Source: Prevotella sp.
GTDB lineage: Bacteria > Bacteroidota > Bacteroidia > Bacteroidales > Bacteroidaceae
NCBI GenBank assembly: GCA_017645905.1
Contig: JAGCNO010000127.1
Location: forward strand, 3,756-67,755
DNA: 64,000 nt
Reading direction: 5' to 3'
This document shows, in pieces, positions 59,435 through 64,000 of this stretch. Position 1 is the stretch's first letter; each line of letters opens with the position of its first letter. Below the pieces are notes generated by a model. It did not search any database. It was not told the DNA's origin and saw only the letters and a program-made list of their open reading frames with translations. The position numbers and the translations under genes are program-made.

Positions 59435-62340
59435 TAGAAGCAAAGTTAATACTCGAAGATGGGACGGAGTTCGTAGGCCGCTCGTTTGGCTATGCTGCTG
59501 GTACAACAGGCGAGGTGGTGTTCAATACGGCGATGACGGGCTATCCTGAGAGTTTGACAGACCCCAGCTATGCAGGGCAGATATTGGTGACGACCTTTCC
59601 GCTGATAGGCAATTATGGCGTGCCAGATACTGGTATGGGCAGTGATGGCCTGCCGCTGTTTATGGAGAGCGAGAAGATACACCCCAAGGCGCTGGTAGTG
59701 GCCGACTATAGTGAGACCTGTTCTCATTGGAATGTAAAGGAGTCATTAGCCACGTGGCTGAAGCGTGAAAAGATTCCTGCCATTACCGGCATCGACACAC
59801 GACGGCTGACCAAGGTGCTGAGAGCGCATGGCGTGATGATGGGGAGAATCATTCTAAGTGAAGAGTTAAGAGTGAAGAGTGAAGAATTTAGAATGAAGAA
59901 TGAAGAATTTGCTACCGCTCTTGACTACGGAGATGTGAACTGGGTGGAGAAGGTAAGTTGCAAAGAAGTGATTACCTACAAACCTGATATGACGGCGGTG
60001 GCAAACTCTAAACTCTACACTCTAAACTCTAAACTAAAGAAGGTAGTCTTGGTGGATTGCGGCGTGAAGGCGAACATCATCCGCTGCCTGATTAGGAGAG
60101 GTGTGGAGGTCATTCGTGTGCCTTGGGACTTTGATTTCAACCAGCTTGACTTCGATGGATTGTTCTTGGCCAACGGTCCTGGCGACCCGGAGCAATGCGG
60201 CAAGACGGTGGAGCATATCAGAACCTTCCTGAATAATGATCATGTACGGCCCTGTATGGGAATCTGTCTGGGCAACCAGTTGTTGGCACGTGCTGCAGGG
60301 GCTAAGACTTACAAGCTGAAATATGGTCATCGCTCGCACAACCAACCTGTGCGGCAGATAGGCACCAACCAGTGTTTCATCACTTCGCAGAATCATGGCT
60401 ACGCAGTAGACGACACGACACTCCCGGAGGACTGGGAACCGCTGTTTGAGAACATGAACGACGGTTCAAATGAAGGCATCCGCCACAAGTCAAAGCCTTG
60501 GTTCTCCGCTCAGTTCCACCCAGAGGCCTGCTCAGGACCGACAGACACGGAATGGATGTTTGATGAGTTTATTGGTTGTTTAAGTGATTCGTCGTTTAGT
60601 CGTTTAGGAAAAGTAACTAACATCCCCCAACAACTAAACAACCAAACAACCAAACAACCAAAAAAGGTTCTGTTGTTAGGTTCCGGTGCCCTGAAAATAG
60701 GTCAGGCCGGAGAGTTTGACTACAGTGGTGCACAAGCCTTGAAGGCCCTGAAGGAAGAGGGTATCCACTCGGTGCTCATCAATCCCAATATTGCTACGGT
60801 ACAGACCTCAAAAGATGTTGCCGACACGGTCTATTTCCAGCCTGTGACGGCAGCGTTTGTGGAACGAGTCATAGAGAAGGAGCGTCCTGATAGCATTCTG
60901 TTGAGCTTTGGAGGCCAGACGGCCTTGAACTGTGGTGTAGAGCTGTACGAGAAGGGCATCTTGGAGAAATATGGCGTCGAGGTGCTGGGCACTCCCATGC
61001 AGGCCATCATTGATACAGAAGACCGTGACCTGTTTGTGAAACGCCTTGACGAGATTGGCGTGAAGACCATCAAGAGCGAGGCCTGTTCATCCATTGAGGA
61101 AGTTCAGAAGGCTGCCCATGAATTAGGATTCCCTGTGATATTACGTGCTGCCTACGCCCTCGGCGGTCTTGGTTCAGGCTTCTGTGATAATGACCAGGAG
61201 CTGTTGGCACAGGCCGAAGAAGCCTTCTCCTTCTCTCCGCAGGTGTTGGTGGAGAAAAGTCTTAAGGGTTGGAAGGAGATAGAATACGAGGTGGTACGTG
61301 ACCGCTATGACAACTGTATCACCGTCTGCAACATGGAGAACTTCGACCCGCTGGGCATCCATACCGGTGAGTCGATAGTGGTAGCACCGAGTCAGACACT
61401 CTCGAACAGCGAGTACCACAAACTCCGTGAGCTGGCCATCAGGATTATCCGTCATATCGGCATCGTGGGCGAATGTAACGTGCAGTATGCCCTCGACCCC
61501 CACAGTGAGGACTATCGTGTCATTGAGGTTAATGCCCGGCTCTCCCGTTCATCAGCACTGGCGTCAAAGGCAACTGGCTATCCGTTGGCCTTTGTGGCCG
61601 CAAAGCTTGGCCTCGGCTATGGACTCTTCGACCTGAAGAACAGCGTCACCAAGACCACCTCAGCCTTCTTTGAGCCAGCCCTCGACTATGTAGTGGTGAA
61701 GATTCCGCGCTGGGACCTGACGAAATTCCACGGCGTGAACCGCGAATTGGGCTCCAGCATGAAGAGCGTAGGCGAGGTGATGGCCATCGGACGCACCTTC
61801 GAGGAGGCTCTGCAGAAAGGCCTGCGTATGATTGGCCAGGGCATGCATGGCTTTGTAGAGAACCACGAGATCAAGATTCACGACATCCAGAAGTCACTTC
61901 ACGCGCCTACAGATATGCGCATTTTTGTTGTGTCGAAGGCTTTGAAGATAGGCTACACGGTGGAGCAGATTCATCAGCTGACGATGATTGACCGCTGGTT
62001 CCTGCAGAAGCTGAAGCACATTGTCGACATTGACCGGCAGCTGAAGGAGAACAGCCTCATTTCCGAGGTTTCTGAGTATATGGAGTCAAGCGAATTCATG
62101 GAGTACCTGCAGTCGCCTGAAGTGTTCCCGCTGTTACGGGCTGCCAAGGTCTACGGTTTCTCCGACTTCCAGATAGGCCGTGCCATAGGCTTGGAGAACC
62201 GTATGAAGATGGAGCAGGCAGGTCTCACCGTCCGTAAGTGGCGCAAGACCCTCGGCATCGTTCCTACCGTCAATCAGATTGACACCCTTGCAGCGGAATA
62301 TCCCGCCCAAACCAACTACCTATATCTGTCATATCTGTAA
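59431..62340 (+). CDS. carA: Carbamoyl-phosphate synthase fusion: full CarA plus N-terminal half of CarB
   Basis: CarA motifs GEVVFNT, GICLG, QFHPE; then KKVLLLGSGALKIGQAGEFDYSG, one ATP-grasp and the oligomerisation domain, ending IDTLAAEYPAQTNYLYLSYL*. Confidence 0.9.
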   Translation: MIEAKLILEDGTEFVGRSFGYAAGTTGEVVFNTAMTGYPESLTDPSYAGQILVTTFPLIGNYGVPDTGMGSDGLPLFMESEKIHPKALVVADYSETCSHWNVKESLATWLKREKIPAITGIDTRRLTKVLRAHGVMMGRIILSEELRVKSEEFRMKNEEFATALDYGDVNWVEKVSCKEVITYKPDMTAVANSKLYTLNSKLKKVVLVDCGVKANIIRCLIRRGVEVIRVPWDFDFNQLDFDGLFLANGPGDPEQCGKTVEHIRTFLNNDHVRPCMGICLGNQLLARAAGAKTYKLKYGHRSHNQPVRQIGTNQCFITSQNHGYAVDDTTLPEDWEPLFENMNDGSNEGIRHKSKPWFSAQFHPEACSGPTDTEWMFDEFIGCLSDSSFSRLGKVTNIPQQLNNQTTKQPKKVLLLGSGALKIGQAGEFDYSGAQALKALKEEGIHSVLINPNIATVQTSKDVADTVYFQPVTAAFVERVIEKERPDSILLSFGGQTALNCGVELYEKGILEKYGVEVLGTPMQAIIDTEDRDLFVKRLDEIGVKTIKSEACSSIEEVQKAAHELGFPVILRAAYALGGLGSGFCDNDQELLAQAEEAFSFSPQVLVEKSLKGWKEIEYEVVRDRYDNCITVCNMENFDPLGIHTGESIVVAPSQTLSNSEYHKLRELAIRIIRHIGIVGECNVQYALDPHSEDYRVIEVNARLSRSSALASKATGYPLAFVAAKLGLGYGLFDLKNSVTKTTSAFFEPALDYVVVKIPRWDLTKFHGVNRELGSSMKSVGEVMAIGRTFEEALQKGLRMIGQGMHGFVENHEIKIHDIQKSLHAPTDMRIFVVSKALKIGYTVEQIHQLTMIDRWFLQKLKHIVDIDRQLKENSLISEVSEYMESSEFMEYLQSPEVFPLLRAAKVYGFSDFQIGRAIGLENRMKMEQAGLTVRKWRKTLGIVPTVNQIDTLAAEYPAQTNYLYLSYL
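59857..60035. repeat. Inverted heptamer-tailed repeat pair inside the carA region
   Basis: (GTGAAGA)n-ATTTGCTACCGC ... GCGGTGGCAAA-(CTCTAAA)n. Confidence 0.85.
60572..60661. repeat. Inverted 8-mer repeat pair forming the CarA-CarB linker
   Basis: TTGGTTGTTT..GTCGTTTAGTCGTTTAG / (AAACAACC)n. Confidence 0.8.
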
Positions 62341-62366
62341 AAACGGCTGATAATCAAGGGTTAACG

Positions 62367-62399
62367 CATCGCTGGCAGAAAATAATTCTGTCAGCGATG
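62367..62399 (+). terminator. Hairpin after the CPS fusion gene (possible terminator)
   Basis: CATCGCTGGCAGAA/TTCTGTCAGCGATG stem; weak U-tail. Confidence 0.55.
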
Positions 62400-62531
62400 T
62401 TCGTATTCGGAAATAACAGAATAATAATCTTGTATTCTGCAAAATTAAGTTGATTCTTCTGAATTATAATGATAATTTGGAGGTTTTACCCATTGTTCAT
62501 ACCTTTGCATCGAAAATATAATAACTGGAAA

Positions 62532-63710
62532 ATGAAAAAACAGACGGCGGCAATTCATACAAAATACGACCGGGCAGATGCATACGGGGCACTGGCTGTG
62601 CCTATATATAATAATGTTTCATTTGAGTTTGCCGATGCCCAGCAGATGTCGGACGTGTTCTGCAACCGTGTGAAGGCACCCGACTATGCACGTATTGCCA
62701 ACCCTACGGTGACGAACTTTGAGCAGCGGGTGCGGGCGTTGACCGGTGCCAGTCACGTGACTGCTTTCTGCTCTGGGATGGCAGCCATCAGCAATGCCTT
62801 GCTGGCTGTTGTGGAGCAAGGTAAAAACATCGTGACCTCGCGCCACCTGTTCGGCAATACGCTGGCCCTGATTAGCGGGACGCTGTTGCGACTTGGCGTG
62901 AAGCCGCGTCTGCGCGACCTTACCGATCTGGAGGCCGTGGAGAAAGCCATCGACGAGCAGACGGCCTGCGTGTTCCTGGAGATTGTGACCAACCCGCAGT
63001 TGGAGGTTGCCGACTTACAGGCACTGGCAGCTATAGCCCATAGCAAGGGCGTTCCCTTGATAGTTGACTCGACGGTGATTCCCTTCACAGAGACATCGCT
63101 TCACGAGCTGGGTGTTGACGTGGAAGTGGTGTCGAGCACTAAATACTTGTCGGGTGGCGGGACATCGCTCGGCGGACTGGTGATAGACTACGGGACGTTT
63201 CCTGCCATCAACCAACGCATCAAATATGACCTGCTGATCAATCTGGGTGCATACATGTCGCCACAGACGGCATATATGCAGACCCTGGGGCTTGAGACGC
63301 TCGACGTGCGCTATCAGCGGCAGGCATCCAACGCGCTGGCACTGGCCGAAGTACTGCGCGAGATAAAGGGCATAGAAAGAGTGAACTACATCGGACTGCC
63401 GGAAAACCCCTTCCACGAGTTGGCCGTCAGGCAGTTCGGTCCTACGGCGGGAGCCATGCTCACCATCGACTTGGCATCGCGCGACGACTGCTTCCGGTTC
63501 CTCAACAACCTGAAGCTCATCCACCGCGCCACCAATCTGTTCGACAGCCGTACGCTGGCCATACATCCCGCATCGACCATCTTCGGACTCTTCCCAGAGC
63601 GGCAACTGGTACAGATGGACGTGAGACAGACAACGATACGGCTCTCTGTAGGCCTTGAGGCCGTCGATGACCTGTTGGCCGACATAGAGAACGCACTTAA
63701 AAACATTTAA
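62532..63710 (+). CDS. Cys/Met metabolism PLP enzyme (O-acetylhomoserine sulfhydrylase-like)
   Basis: YARIANPT, SGMAAI, SSTKYLSG, IHPASTI, IRLSVGLE; promoter box TACCTTTG at 62500-62507. Confidence 0.88.
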   Translation: MKKQTAAIHTKYDRADAYGALAVPIYNNVSFEFADAQQMSDVFCNRVKAPDYARIANPTVTNFEQRVRALTGASHVTAFCSGMAAISNALLAVVEQGKNIVTSRHLFGNTLALISGTLLRLGVKPRLRDLTDLEAVEKAIDEQTACVFLEIVTNPQLEVADLQALAAIAHSKGVPLIVDSTVIPFTETSLHELGVDVEVVSSTKYLSGGGTSLGGLVIDYGTFPAINQRIKYDLLINLGAYMSPQTAYMQTLGLETLDVRYQRQASNALALAEVLREIKGIERVNYIGLPENPFHELAVRQFGPTAGAMLTIDLASRDDCFRFLNNLKLIHRATNLFDSRTLAIHPASTIFGLFPERQLVQMDVRQTTIRLSVGLEAVDDLLADIENALKNI

Positions 63711-63821
63711 CCCTAATCGGTCATTAGTTTACTGACTTACTCTGGGAGAAAGTTGCGGTTAAGCGAGAGGAAAGAAAGAAATTTCTTTCCAGAGCGTAAG
63801 CAACTTGGCCGCATAGCGGCA

Positions 63822-64000
63822 AAGCGCTCGGCGACGAAGGAGACGCTTGCGTAATGAAATGGAGCAAGAACGGCTTATTCCCATCGAAAGAACGGCTTAT
63901 TCGAATCGAAAGAACGGCTTATTCGAATCGAAAGAACGGCTTTCTGCGCTACGCTAAATGAAAAATGAGAAATGAGAAATGAAAAATGAGAAATGAAGCG
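63822..64000. repeat. Composite 22-bp array element, runs off the window
   Basis: Reverse complement of the 4918-5107 modules in permuted order. Confidence 0.9.

Noticed and set aside
62338-62530. Frameshift/readthrough continuation of carB, or a SAM riboswitch before the Cys/Met gene
   Set aside because: No CarB C-half sequence is visible downstream in any frame. The leader after the promoter box is only ~25 nt and shows no riboswitch consensus.

Overview
A 64-kb chromosomal segment of a Bacteroidota bacterium, most likely a Prevotellaceae member (TAnnTTTG promoters, GSIII, DUF4296-lspA-dksA-ileS synteny, hemicellulases). From left to right it carries a minus-strand CAZyme group (partial GH9, GH51, GH3), uvrA, a zinc metalloprotease, a large surface protein with a 64-aa YxxP peptide, the ileS operon, a dockerin-bearing gene pair, an esterase, secA-nusB-yajC-coaE, an AddA-like helicase and a hicAB islet. 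The right part is a large nitrogen cluster (GSIII, porin-like gene, two Amt, PII, dapL/dapF, gltBD, pyrG, purF, and CarA fused to half of CarB) followed by a Cys/Met PLP enzyme. I saw no rRNA, tRNA, CRISPR array, integrase or transposase. Most notable: (1) a three-box motif with fixed spacing upstream of the glnA, glnK and amtB2 promoters, a candidate undescribed nitrogen regulon; (2) 117-bp palindromic doublets inserted in frame in uvrA and ileS, part of a wider set of REP-like and 7-10-mer repeats inside proteins and at gene junctions; (3) a CarA-half-CarB fusion whose linker is repeat-derived; (4) arrays with a 21-22-bp period next to accessory genes. All calls come from reading motifs by eye, with no database search.
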